64,000 bases of DNA from Octopus sinensis (GCF_006345805.1 NC_042998.1:1798001-1862000); one strand, 5' to 3'. Shown: positions 13,047-26,304, numbered from the stretch's first letter. Numbers and translations: made by a program. The notes: a model not told the origin generated them from the sequence alone.

Positions 13047-13390
13047 TCATCATCATCATCGTTTAACGTCCGTTTTCCGCGCTAGCACGGGTTGGACGGT
13101 TCAACCGGGGTCTGGAGAGCCAGGGGCTGCTCCAGGCTCCAGTCTGATCTGGCAGTGTTTCTACAGCTGGATGCCCTTCCTAACGCCAACCACTCCGCGA
13201 GTGTAGTGGGTGCTTTTTACGTGCCACCTGCACAGGTGCCAAAGGGGGTCTGGCATCGGCCACGATTGGTTGGTGCTTTTTATGTGCCACTGGCACAGAA
13301 GCCAGTCGAGACGGTGCTGGCATCGGCCATGTTCGGATGGTGCTTTTTATGTGCCACCGGCACAGAAGCCATTCGAGGCGGGGTTGGCAT
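13047..13390 (-). mobile_element. SINE-like family D with (GAT)n tail and ggttggcgttaggaagggcatcc motif
   Basis: Paralogs at 45826-46200 (+) and 57813-57966 (-); internal triple repeat ggtgctttttatgtgccac. Confidence 0.65.
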
Positions 13391-13947
13391 ACTTAATATA
13401 AAGTGGATATTGTGTTTGACGCTCTACTGCTATATAACATCTCTTTATCATTATTATAAAATATGAATAAATGTTGATTTGTTCATAAAGTGATTTTTTT
13501 TATACATGTATATTATAAACTTTTGCAATAAGAATGCAAACAAGTGAAAAAGTAATCTTTAGTCAATTATTTAAAAAATAATTGTTAAAAAAACAATGTA
13601 CCGTTGTTTTGTTTATAAAGTCTATTATTTTATTCTGAAGTTTATAGGAATAGCATTGGTGACATGCAACATTCCACTTCAGTCACAAAACATTAGAAAA
13701 ATGTAGTAAATATAAAAATTAAATAAAATCTACAGAAAAAAAACAGCTTATAATAATCATTTATAGTTAACTCTTTAATGTTCCCTCCATAAGTTACGTA
13801 ACTTATTTATTTTTATGAATAATATCACTGAATTATTTATTCTCTAAACAATTCAATTTTATTTTTGTTTCTGCATACTTGTCCGTTCTTGTACATTATT
13901 TTGTGATTTTTTTCTAACATTTTTTTAATAAGTACAGGGAAACCTAT

Positions 13948-13991
13948 GCTTTGCTGATGAGATCACAATAAGGTCGAAACATGTCCAGAGC
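13948..13991 (+). ncRNA. Minimal type-I hammerhead ribozyme motif (Penelope-like)
   Basis: gctttg-CTGATGA-gatc(acaataa)ggtc-GAAA-c(at)-GTC-cagagc. Stem I is 6 bp, stem II 4 bp, and stem III is the palindrome ACATGT. Confidence 0.75.
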
Positions 13992-14717
13992 TGTCACCCA
14001 TATTTGCTATTCATTTTATTAATCACTAGTGCCAAACTGTTGTGGGGACATAAACAAACAAACACCAGTTATCAGATGATGAGGTATAACAAACAGATAC
14101 AAAGAAAAACATAGAAAGATATATATATATAGATGATGGGCTTCCACAAAGTTTCCATCTACCAAATTCACTCACAAGCCATTGCTTGATCCAGGGCTAA
14201 AGTAGAGACACTTATCCAAGATGCTGTTCACTGGAACTTAACATGAAACTGAGTGGCTTCAAAGTGAGTTTCTTGACCACATAGTCATGCCTATACCTCT
14301 ACTAATAGTTAACTTGGCTTAACAAATAGTTCTAATATAGCCATGCCTGTAGCCTTAATTATTATGAGACAGTTGTTATTGTTGTTGTTTAGTCCTCAGG
14401 TAAGTCCTGATCAAACAAACTTTCAATTAAGGGTGTTTTAGTTATAAGCATCCAACCTTTAAGGCATAGTTTCACTCAGAATGGCTACAGTATCCAAAAA
14501 TGCCCTTTTTTTTTTCCTTGTATGGTGGCAGAATGTGATTTGAGGACAGTTTAACTGCTTTTTCAGACAGACTCACATATAGACTCCTACCTTTTCTAAA
14601 TCGAAACAAACTGAGCAATTACATTGAGAGACTCCTCTGTGTGTGCATGTGCGTACGTGTGTGTGTAGATAGGTAGGTAAGTAGAGATGGATGGATGGAT
14701 GGATGGATGGATGGGTG

Positions 14718-14749
<32 letters not shown>

Positions 14750-16114
14750 TATAGATAGATAGATAGATAGATAGACAGATAGATAGATGGATGGATGGAT
14801 GGGTAGATACACACACACGCATGCATACCTACATACATGTATGTGACTACTCATCACTCATGCTCTCTCCAACCAACCTAACATTACGCTTCTAAATTGC
14901 CAGCTTCCACTCTCATAATCCGTATCATTACTGTCTCATTACATCCTATTAATATTGTCTCTTCTCGCACGTCCCCTTCCCTCCCTCCCTCCCCTTCCAC
15001 GTTGCCACCCCTTTCATCCTGTCTCCTTCATACTCTTTTTCCTTTATCTTTTTTTTTTCCTGCTAGTTCTTCTACCGACAGCCTCACTTCTATCCTCTCA
15101 GTTAGTCACCATTGCTCCATATGAATGGAAGAAACTCAATGCAGTGGGGAGCCCTTTTATTTTGTAAATTACAAGGCAAACTGCATTAGTTCTAGTGTTG
15201 GGATAAAAAATAAAAGACTCAGTAAAGTGGTTGGTGAATGAGTGGAGACAATGTAGAGTTGAAACAACCCTTAGTCTTGCCTCATTTGTGGCTGATGATA
15301 CCACAGTAAAATGCAAGCAGTGGTACACTCTGCTTGCAGTGGTTGAAGAAAGGAAAGACATCCTGTTATAGAAGCAATGCTAAATTTAGCCATGTTCAAA
15401 TAAGACATAGTCTCCCCACCTATCTCTGGACAACTCTGAATAAAAACTTACTGAAAGCACTGTCCAACTCATGCCAGCACAGAAAGCAGATTAAAACAGT
15501 GGCACACACACACATACAGATGGCACAAATATTCTGACTGTACAGTTTTCGTTATATAAATCAGCAAAAGGAAGACAAGTTGGCCCTGCATGCTTTGTCT
15601 TTTGTCTTTTTTATATTTTTCTATCATTAGTTCTCTCTCACTGAACTATCATTGTCAGCCTATGACTTGTTCTATTACAAACGCTATAAACTTTATAGTA
15701 CGCATTCACAAACACACACACACACACATATAGTGCATGGCAACAGCACTAGTGAAGTCACCAAGTTTTGTGAGTTACTTGGTGACCCCAGTGGTGTCGG
15801 TGCCTTATAAAAAGTATCGAGGACACTGTGACATGGTTGGCATTAGTTCTTCTACAGACATTCCTCGCATTGGGGTTTGGCACAGTCCTCTGGCTTGCTG
15901 GCTTTTGTTGAACCATTCAACCCCTGCCAGCATGGAAAACAAGCATCAAATAATAATAAGGATTTTGAAAAATGTGTTCTTCTACTTCAAATTTAATTTG
16001 CAAATAACTTTAAAAACAAAAAAAAAAATTCAGAATGTTCATATTTTGTATTACCAACACTGGCAGGGTCACCATGTAACTTGCAAGACAAAGAACCTTT
16101 GAGAGACGAGAGAG

Positions 16115-16146
<32 letters not shown>

Positions 16147-16329
16147 TGCACACACATGCACACACACACACACACACATGCACACACACTCAAATTTTCT
16201 GCTAGTCTGTTAGTTGCTGCTCTAAAACAATAATAGCAGTTGCATTAGTTAATCAATATTGTTTGTACATATCTTTGTGTTTTATAATTGAGAAGAGAGG
16301 AATTCTTCTCTTATGAAAAATCTGTTACA

Positions 16330-16649
16330 TAAAGCAATTTAATAGCAGCGTTTTCAAGCTGAGTTACTATGGTTGGTTGCCTGTTAATGAAATTGCAGTT
16401 GACTTGGTTTTTAATAACCAAGTGTATTGAACTGGTAAGGAAGTCTATGTACCTTCTTTTGCTTTAGTAACGAGTCGCTATTTTAGTTTCTTGTATTAAA
16501 TATCTTCCTAGAATTTCTTTTATGAATTCCCATCTTACTTTCAAGAGATTTTTGAAACCTATTTGCTGTGTATTAATTTAAACTGGATACTTTTAATTTT
16601 CACTTTCGACTGAGTTGTTTGTTTAAGAGCTGAAACTGGTCAAAAAGTG
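16330..16649 (+). mobile_element. Decayed Penelope-like element 3' end with degenerate hammerhead (16601-16649)
   Basis: cacttt..CTGAgtt-gttt(gtttaa)gagc-t-GAAA-ctg-GTC-aaaaagtg, preceded by frameshifted ...RVAIL...LN..LE... reminiscent of PLE C-termini. Confidence 0.3.
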
Positions 16650-17233
16650 GCACAAAAAGTTTTCAAACTGTTATTCTATAGTATTTTTCTGAAAGAAGTA
16701 TAAAAAAAATATCCAACTGGGTGGGATATTCAAATGAAAAAAAGGATAAAAGATACAAGGTACAGCATTATGTTTGTCAAGTTATTTGGACAAATAACTT
16801 ACTACTCAATTGGATGGAGCATGAATATAGATGTTTATCTTAAAGGGAAGCTTGATATCTCTCTCTCTTCTGGCCTCTTTCTTTCACAAGGAATTCTCCA
16901 AATGAAAGAAAGAAAGAATAACTTTGTTGAGATTTTTTTGTTGTTCTTTTTTTTTTTATAAATGTTTAAACAGAACATCAATCTCCAAATCTCATCACAC
17001 TTACAGGGTCAATAAAGGTCATAGGTTTCATCCCCTTCCTACTAACAGCAAGAAATTTTAAACCTGGAAGTAACCATCAGTTTTGTTTTGTAAAAGAAGG
17101 AAAACAACTATCTGTTCACAGGGTATAAATAGAGATTTTGTAAGTCTTAATAGGATTAAAATACACTAATGCCGGGAATGTCAAAAAGATGGACCCATAA
17201 ACTCTTCAGCAAAGTGACAGCAACAACAACAAC

Positions 17234-17272
<39 letters not shown>

Positions 17273-18190
17273 CCTTTCTACTAGAGGCACAGGACCTAAA
17301 TGTTTTTGTGGGTGGAGGGGAGTCTAATCCCAACTGGTACTTATTTCATTGACCCCAAAAGGATGAAAGGCAAAATCAACCTCTGTGGGATTTGAACTTG
17401 GAATGTAAAAACAAATGAAACGCCACTAAGCATTTTGCCCACTGCCTTAATATTCATAATGGTTTCAATTTTTGGCATAAGGCCTGAAATTTGGTGGGTG
17501 CAGGGCTTGTAGATTACATCAACCCCACTGTTCAACTAGTACTTATTTCATCAATCCCAAAAAGATGAAAGGCTAAGTTGTTTGACCAGAATTTGAACTC
17601 AAACTATAAAAATGGACAAAATGTTGCTAAATATTTTGCCTGGTGTAATGATTCTGCCAGTTCACCCTTTAATAATAATAATAATAATAATCCTTTCTAC
17701 CATTGGCACAAGGCCTAAAATTTGGGGGATGGAGGCTAGTCAGTTTATATCAATCTCAGTGTTCAACTTATTTCATCAACCCCAAAAGGATGAAAGGCAA
17801 AGTCAACTTTGGTGGAATTTGAACTCAGAATGTAAAGACAGATGAAAATGCTGCTAAGCATATCACCCAGCATGTTAACGATTCTGTTAATTTGCCACTT
17901 CTTACACATCAAGCCCAGTGTCTATTTTTATAGCCTGAAATTTTGGGGGAAGGAGTAATTCAATCACATTGACCCCAGTACTTGACTGGTACTTAATTTA
18001 TTCTTTTCTACTCTAGGCACAAAGCCCGAAATTAGATCGACTCCAGTACGCAAATGATACTTAATTTATCGACCCCAAAAGGATGAAAGGCAAAGTTGAC
18101 CTCAGCAGAATTTGAACTCAGAACGTAGCAGCAGACAGAATACTGCTGAGCATTTCAGTCAGCATGCTAACGATTCTGCCAGCTTACCAC
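17273..18190 (-). mobile_element. Cluster of about four SINE family A copies separated by (AAT)n
   Basis: Repeated ggatgaaaggcaaagt...atttgaactcagaa, the reverse complement of the family A core and B-box. Confidence 0.75.
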
Positions 18191-18196
18191 TTTGTC

Positions 18197-18254
<58 letters not shown>

Positions 18255-18652
18255 GTAGTAGTAGTAGTAGTATAGCTGTTTAGTTAAAAAGCTTACTTCT
18301 CAAGCACATGGTTTTTCACTACATTGCTCTTTGGGTGAGTGTCTTCTTCTTTAGTCCTAGGTCAAAACAATCTTGTATGTGGATTTGGTCAATGGAAACT
18401 GAAAGGAGCTTATCAAATGTACATGTGTATGTGTACACATGTACACGGACGTGTGTGTGTGTGTATTTGTTTGTATCTCCTTGTCTTGACGTCATGAGAT
18501 ACTTATAACCAAGTATCACTGGCTCACAAATATACAAGTCCTTTGTTTCTAGTCTTTGGTATAAACATATCCAGCCATGATATTTATCTAATGTATAAAT
18601 TACTATATACACCCGTCTCTAACGGTCTTTCTTTCTCTTTTTCTTTCCTTTC

Positions 18653-18708
<56 letters not shown>

Positions 18709-19648
18709 TCACCATATATATATATGAGAAAGAGAAATGTGAGCATAGGTACAAATCAAGATGGAGAAAATAGTATCTCCTCAAATATTAAAGATAGAGT
18801 GAAATGTAGTGTTTTTTTAAAGCTGAAAATTTTTGCAAGCTGTTGCTCCAACTTTCCTACCACTAATCATCTGTCAGAAGGAAACTTCTGGAACAATATA
18901 ATGGTTTACAATGATTTATGATAAACCATAGGTATGTTCTAAAAGTTGACTTCTGTCTGACGATCAGTGACATGAAACTCAGAGTAAAAGTTTGTCAGGT
19001 GCAATAGTCAGCATGAAATCATTGCTAACATGCTGACCACCACATGCCATAATCAGGATTATATTCCTTCCCATTCACCCCCTGCAAACTCCTCACAATC
19101 ATATTAAGGGTATCAAATACCCAATGATTGGAGAAGTAGATAGAGCCACTTGAACAGTTTGAAGAATGCTTACATCTGCAAAATATTCCGAATTAAGTGG
19201 AATGATGGAGTATAACTAAAGTAATTGTTGATGTCAAATCTATTTTCAAGAAGATGCAAGAAAGATGCACTCAGGATGCTGAATACCTTTCAAGAAGTTT
19301 TACATTAAGAATAATAACTAAGATACTTAATTTCTTCAGATAATCACTTTTTGACCATTTTTACCAATGGTGGAACTTTGAGTTCATTCAAATTCAAACC
19401 AGAGATTTTGTATTATGTTCTGTCACTGATGTATTGCAAATGTCTGTGAGATTTTTGTTATATTAAGAAACAAAACAAAACACACACAAAATTATTTTTC
19501 TCAATTGAAATAATAATGTTTTAGTTTGACCTTGAATCTTCAGGCTTTGCTTACAGTTTATGCAAAAGCACAACACAAATGCTGTAAAACTGTCTGGAAT
19601 TTATTTTCATTTTTATTACGAATAAGCTATTAAGTTTGTAGGTCATAA

Positions 19649-20028
19649 TTACCTCCGCCAAGGAAGGAGGTTATGTTTTCATTGGTGTTGGTTTGTCTGT
19701 TTGTCTGTCTGTGTGCAAAATAACTCAAAAAGTTGTGAACGGTATTTGATGAAACTTATCGGAAAAAGTTGGTAATTACACAAGTAACAGATAATGAAAT
19801 TTTGGTAGAGATCCAGGAATTTTTATGGATTCTTGAAGGATTTTTCTTCTGTTATATTTACTTTCATGAAATATTAGTTATGTTCTTTGATTATCTCCCT
19901 TGAAAACACGTTCATCGTTTGCACGTAACCTATGGTGGTGTTGCTGATTCCAAAGTTTATTTTCGTTTCTCTATTAGTAATTTTACTCGCGTATCTATCT
20001 TAAAATGAGTTGCTTGGCGGAGGTCTGC
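19649..20028 (+). mobile_element. DINE-1/HINE-type (Helentron-associated) non-autonomous element
   Basis: Subterminal inverted repeats ACCTCCGCCAAG (19651-19662) and CTTGGCGGAGGT (20013-20024), a short 5' IR ggaggtta, and a (GTCT/GTTT)n microsatellite. Confidence 0.7.
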
Positions 20029-20029
20029 A

Positions 20030-20520
20030 GAGGATGACATGACAAGCCTTGACTATTGGGATCTACTCAAAAAGCTCAGGCTTTGCTCCCTCCACCGCAC
20101 CTGTGAGCTCTATATCATCTGTATGATGTGGAAAATATTCCATCAACATTGCCCATCTTTAAAATTCGTCCGAGGCTTGGCCCTCGTGCCATCTGTCCAC
20201 TACAGAAATGTTTGTGTCATATCACAATACTATGACAGAATTATTTCACCTCAATTGGCCCTGCTCTCTTCAACATCGTGCCAGACACACATAAAGGGGG
20301 AAAGTGACTTCTCGGCATTCAAACGATCCCTAGATATGATTACCCACAACAAATATCAGATAAACCAGCCACACCCAGATATATCTCTGAAAACTATAAC
20401 CCTCTGCTTGAATGGGCTACGGTTCCCCAGAGTTGACTGTGAATCTTTCAGGTGGTGCTATTAAATCAGACATGGCCTGAGTCAACTTCAGCCGAAACTT
20501 ATCTAAGTAATCTAATCTAG
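20030..20520 (+). mobile_element. Older CR1-clade LINE 3' fragment
   Basis: LDYWDLLKKLRLCSL..YIICMMWKIF, followed by the 3' UTR ggtggtgctattaaatcagacatggcc. Confidence 0.8.
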
Positions 20521-21568
20521 GCTGTAATCTTTTAATCAAAGCATGACAACATGGTTACAGGCCGATATCTTAACATTTCTGGTCTTAAGTATAAAAAAAA
20601 TTATTAAAGATTTATATAGAACTACATTCAGAGTATGTCTTTAAGCTATTGTGTTTAGAGCTGGTTTCTATCCTCAAACTGTTCCGTTTTGTAGATGCAA
20701 TTTTTTTTTTAATAAAGCACTCCGAAATTAGAAAAATCAAAAGTCTGCAACAATCTCGGTCCCATGAGAATCGGATAATGGATTTTCAAGTGTGTAAAAA
20801 AACTGATTGTGGTGATTGTAGTTTTGACGGTGATTGTGGTGAAAGCAGAAGCAGTGTTGATGATGATGATGGTCGAGATAAGTATGGGAGGAGGTTATGT
20901 TTTTGCTGGCATTGGTTTGGGAAATTGGGTATGGGTGGAAATGAGCTGCTTGGTAGGAGTCAGCACTCTCTGAGTGCTTTTCTAGTACTTAAGGCATGTA
21001 TTTTTTATCTTTTTAAATGTTTTTTAGACAGAGGTTGTAATTTGAAAGATATTTGGCACCTATTTCTAGCTGTTTAAGTGACCATGTAGATGCCTGCCTT
21101 GTTGGCTTGAAAAAGTACATATTGCTGTGGTGTCTGAATAGATGGTAAATGTTAAGTATGAATAATATGCACACCTATTAGGGAAGATACCTGATAAATG
21201 TCTGGTTTATAAGTAAATTCAAACTAACATTTTACTTAAGAAACATAGTTTTTATACTCAGACATTCTTGAATCAGTATAAATTCTATGTTGGTTGTTAA
21301 AACCTCTATAAACTCAATATATGAGCTGGCCAGGAAGCTTTTATATGGCTGCTTGACCTACAAGGAGTAATCGCTATTTCTTTTCAAATTACACCCTACC
21401 ATAGGCGCAGGTGTGGCTGTGTGGTAGGAAGTTTGCTTCTCAACTACAAGGTTCCAGGTTCAGTCCCACTGCATGACATCTTGGACAAGTGTCTTCTGCT
21501 ATAGCCTTGAACCAACCAAAGCCCTTGTGAATGGATTTGGTAGACAGAAACTGGATGAAGCCCATCAT

Positions 21569-22551
21569 CCATCCATCCATCATTTTGAATCCAGGTTTTG
21601 TCCCCGCTAATGGGGGTGGCTGGATCTACCTCAATGCCATAGCAACCGCCCTCACACCATCTCGCCATCTTGCCCAGTTTTGGATGTCCCTCCTTCTCAA
21701 GCCGACCCTCCCAATCTCTCCTCCACCTGTCCCTTCCACATTTTCCTCGGTCTACCTCACTTTTGCCATCCATTCACCTCAAACTCAAGCATCCTCTTCA
21801 GAACATGCTCCTCATCCCTCCTCAGCACATGCCCATACCACCTCACTCCATTCACCCTTGCCAGCCGTTCCACTGATTCCTCCAACCCCAGCATCCCCAA
21901 CAAGTCCTCTGTCCACCTCTTATCAAACAGCTTTACCCAACACATTTCTCTCACCTGTCCCAAGGTAATGTGAGTGGGTGGAAGGAGAAGTGTTAGTGAG
22001 TAAGGTAAATCCATGTGGTGTCTGTGGGAAGAGGGTAATGGTAAATGTGGTGTTTACTCTGTTACTTGTTTCAGTCATTTGACTGTGGCCATGCTGGAGC
22101 ACTGCCTTTAGTTGAGCAAATCGACCCCAGGACTTATTTTTGTAAGCCCAGTACTTGTGTCCAAGATGTGAGAAATGGGTTCCTAGTAGATGTACAAAAA
22201 TGAAGAAGGTGACCCCAAGACTGGCAAGAGAGTTTATTTGTGGAAGATGTGAGAAAGGAGCTGGGGGGCTGGCAAAATCAGTGGAAACACTGTGTGACGA
22301 GGTGGAATTGGTGAGAGGGTTTTGTTATTTGAGAGATAGAGTGGATGTAAGTGGTGGATGTGAAGCAGCTGTGACAGCAAGAGCGAGACTTGGCTGGGTG
22401 AAGTTCAGGGAATGTGGAGCATTATTATATGGGAAAAGGTTCTCATTAAAGATGAAAGGAAGGGTCTGTAGTTGAGTGAGAGCTGCAATGCTGTATGGGA
22501 GTGAGACATGGTATTTGAGAGAGTGGGGGGGGGGGGAGATGGCAATTTTGA
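21569..22551. mobile_element. RTE-clade LINE insertion with inverted 5' segment (3' part minus 21569-~21960, 5' part plus ~21960-22551)
   Basis: Minus strand: VREMCWVKL..RWYGHVLRR and a (GGAT)n tail. Plus strand: PHD-like Cys cluster, FCYL, AW-like GWVKFRE and MLYGSETW. TSD GAAGCCCATCAT at 21557-21568 and 22552-22563. A SINE 3' fragment is inserted at ~22054-22155. Confidence 0.85.
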
Positions 22552-22589
22552 GAAGCCCATCATTATATATATATATATATATATATATA

Positions 22590-25402
22590 CACAAACCGAA
22601 ATAAGGGAGGGACAGCCATCTTTATCCATGACTCCTTTTCACTTGATGCCAAGGACACATTTTCCAATGGCTACTGTGAATCGGTATCACTATACAACAA
22701 AGCCAAGGACATAACCATTGTTGGTCTTTACAGGCCTCCCCAGGCACCTCTAAAGTACTTTGAAGAGTGCCTTAGCAAAGTCAAGTCCTTCCTTCGGAAG
22801 TACCACTCCGGAAACATACTAGTGATGGGTGATTTTAACCTCCCTCATGTGAACTGGCCCACAAATACTCCGAAGTTAGGCAAGTGCTCTACATCAGATA
22901 GGGCAGCAGCAGAACTGCTCTTTAATCTGATGGATGAGTATTTCCTGACTCAGCTAGTGCTTGAACCAACGAGACAGAATAAAACAATCTTGGATCTGGT
23001 ATTGACCAATCACTCTAGCTACGTTCACAGCATTTCAGTCGAAAAAACTCTCCTCTCAGACCACGACATGGTACTCTGCAATCTTAATTCCCGACATATA
23101 AAAACCAAACCAGCCAATCCCACTCCATGGCACCCATTTGACAACATAAACTTCCACAAAGCGAACTGGGGAACAATCAGAAAGGATCTGTCTTCCATCA
23201 ACTGGTCTTTTACTCTCAATTCCCCTCATATTGAGACCGCGTGGCAGCACTTTGAAACCATTGTCACCGACACATGCTCTAAACACGCTCCCAAGAAATC
23301 TACTAACACAAACAGAAACCGGCTCCCTAAAAAGAAAAAAAACTCATCAGGCGCATCAAAAGACTCAACAAAAAAATCAACCAATTAAAATATTCCCACA
23401 CGCAACATCCACATTCAACAACAATGAAAAGACTAGAGCTGGAAAACTTCATCTGCAGACTAACATGAAAACCTCCATTGAAAATCAAAGAGCTGTGGAG
23501 GAACAGTGGGTAATCAAAAACATCAAACAGAACCCAAAAGTGTTCTATTCTTATGCAAATAAGCATAGAACCACTCTCTCACCTATTGGGCCATTGATTG
23601 ATGAAAACAGCATTCCCCAACACGATGCTAAAGAAATGGCAGAAATACTGCAGAAACAATATTGCTCTGTCTTTAGTGTTCCCACTGATATTGATGTGAG
23701 GGAAACGAACGAAGTTGACTCCCAACACAAAATCGCAGACATAACCTTCACTGCCACCGACATCGTAGCAGCAATAAATGAGGTCAAACATTACTCTGCT
23801 GTAGGCCCTGATAGATTTCCAGCTAGTCTCCTGAAGGAATGTAGATATCAACTTGCAGTCCCTCAGACCAACCTCTGGAGAAACTCGTTAGACTCAAGTT
23901 ATATACCGAAACAGTTTCTATCCCAGTCGGTCATCCCGGTTTTCAAACAGGGAAACAGATCCCTCGCAGTCAACTATCGCCCAATCTCACTCACCTCCCA
24001 CATCATTAAAGTGTTTGAAAGAGTGTTAAGATCAAGGATAGCTGACTTCCTGGAGACCCACAAACTCCTAAATTCTAATCAGCATGGCTTTCGCTGTGGC
24101 AGGTACTGTCTAACACAGCTCTTACACCACATTGAAGATGTACTCAAAGCCTTGGGAACAGGTTCGAACTCTGACGTCATATATCTTGACTTCAGTAAAG
24201 CGTTCGACAGGGTAGACCATAACATCCTACTCTCAAAATTGGCAAATGTTGGAATCCGTGGAAAAGTTCTACACTGGATTCAGTATTTCCTGGCGAATAG
24301 AACACAACATGTTGTAGTTGATGGAGTCCACTCAAACCCAGCAAAAGTCACCAGCGGTGTTCCCCAGGGAACTGTTTTGGGTCCGCTACTCTTCATAATT
24401 TATGTAAACGACCTTTCCAGTGTCGTACATCACTGCAAAGTGAAAATATTCGCTGATGACACTAAGCTCCAGCAAATCGTCAATGAAGAAGCAGACCGAA
24501 CTCAACTTCAGTCTGATCTATATGCTGTGAGTCAATGGGCAGACAGAAACAAAATGCAACTGAATGAGGGAAAATTTGAGCTGATGCATTTTGGAAGAAA
24601 TTCCTCACTAAAACAGCCATACTCTCTTCCTTCAGGGGAACCGCTCACAGCCTCTAACAATATCAGAGACCTGGGTGTAATTGTTGATGACGATCTCAGT
24701 TGGAGTGCACACATCAACAAGAAGGTCGATACAGCTCGTAGGATGAGTTCCTGGATCTTAAGAACTTTCCGGTCCAGAGAACAAGGTGTCATCATACCAC
24801 TTTTTTCCTCCTTTGTACGGCCACACCTTGAATACTGCTGCCCACTGTGGTCTCCTCACACAAGACAAAACATCTCCAGAATTGAGTCACCCCAGAGGGC
24901 TCTCACTAAACAAATTGAAGGCATGGCTGCTCTCGATTATTGGGATCGCCTTAAAGCCTTGAAACTTTACTCCCTCCAGTGTCGCCGTGAGCGGTACATC
25001 ATTTGTACGATGTGGAAAATATACCGCCAACTTTGCCCAAACGACGTAAACATTAGCTTCAAGGTTCATCCAAGACTTGGACCACGGGCTATACGTCCCC
25101 TGCCAAATTCAAGATCACAACATACATGTACACTGCAACATAATTTCTTTTCCTCAACAGGCCCTGCCCTATTTAATATTGTCCCGAGGGAGATCAAAGA
25201 GGAAAAGGATCCCATCAACTTCAAACAGAGTCTGGATAGATTCCTTCAAAGAATACCAGATAAGCCACCCATAATTGGATACAACTCACTACTTGAACAA
25301 AACTTGACTTAAACAGGATTTAGATAATCCTATCAGGTGGTGCTATTAAGTTAGACATGGCCTGGACCAATCTCTGGTCGAAACATATCTAAGTTTATCT
25401 AA

Positions 25403-25406
<4 letters not shown>
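22590..25406 (+). mobile_element. CR1-clade LINE, 5'-truncated within the APE endonuclease, RT nearly intact
   Basis: Frame open from 22591 (GGTAIF, LYRPP, MGDFN, LDL, SDHD), with one frameshift in the A-run at ~23335. Then RT motifs [32 protein letters not shown] and RPHLEY to the stop at 25312. 3' tail TATCTAAG x2; (TA)n on both sides. Confidence 0.92.
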
Positions 25407-25443
<37 letters not shown>

Positions 25444-25896
25444 GTGTGTGTCTTTGTTTGTCTCCCACCACTACTTCATAACCAGTTTTAGTATGTTTAC
25501 ATCCCTGTAACTTAGCAGTTTGGCAAAGGTGACTGATAGAATAAGTACTAGCCTTAAAAAATAAGTGCTGGGGTTGATTCATTCAACTAAATCTCTTCAA
25601 GGCAGTGTCTCTGTATGCCCACAGTCTAGTGACTGAAAAGAAGTAAAAGATAAAAGATACCAACTTTAAAAAAAACTGGAAACATTCAACAGTGTTATCC
25701 AAAATACATGAACACCTGAAAAAAAAGTCAGGTAGGTTACAGCTAGAATGCCTTTGATCATAGGTCTACTTGATTATGACTGATTTATGTACTAAACACC
25801 ACCTTTTTGCTTATAAAAATGTTATGGAATATAATGAAACTTGCACTTCTAAATTAGCCTTACTAAGTGGAACTGTTCAATTATATTTGCACACAG

Positions 25897-26056
25897 GTTC
25901 TTGGGTAGAATTATGCCACCAGTCACTGCCAGCAGAGACAGACACATTTTCTGAATCTATTCATAATGGTAATATGGAGAAATTGCTTATGGAAGCCCAG
26001 CAGGAATCATGTTCTTCTTCACAAGCAAATAGTGCAGTATCATCTAACAGAGGCAG
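25897..26056 (+). CDS. BNIP3: BNIP3/NIX-family gene, internal coding exon carrying the LIR (SWVEL) and the MEKLLMEAQQES motif
   Basis: Acceptor ttgcacacAG at 25896 and donor GTAAGT at 26057. Translates as (x)GT-SWVELCHQSLPAETDTFSESIHNGNMEKLLMEAQQESCSSSQANSAVSSNRG-AG, matching vertebrate BNIP3 GSWVELH...SIYNGDMEKILLDAQHES. Phase 1 to phase 2. Confidence 0.93.
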
Positions 26057-26304
26057 GTAAGTCAATATTTATAGTAGTGTGGGCTACTATTTAATTATTG
26101 TTTGATTAATTAGCATTGGTTATTAAAAGTAAAATAATCAGAATATTCATAGATTTGTTTTTGTAATTTTTTGATTTCTGACATAGGCACAAGGTTCCAA
26201 ATTTGATGGGAGGGATATTAGTCTATTAAAACTGACAGCCTAGTACCCACTCAGTACTTATTTTATTGACCACAGAAGAAGGAATTCAAAATCAGACTGT
26301 AAGG

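Larger units (their letters stand above)
21404..25658 (+). mobile_element. SINE family B copy split by nested RTE and CR1 insertions
   Basis: Head at 21404-21568, TSD plus (TA)n at 22552-22589, body and tail resuming at 25407-25658. Confidence 0.7.

Noticed and set aside
24451-24460. CTGATGA inside CR1 copies as hammerhead cores
   Set aside because: These are the codons of the RT FADD motif, with no stem II or GAAA partner.
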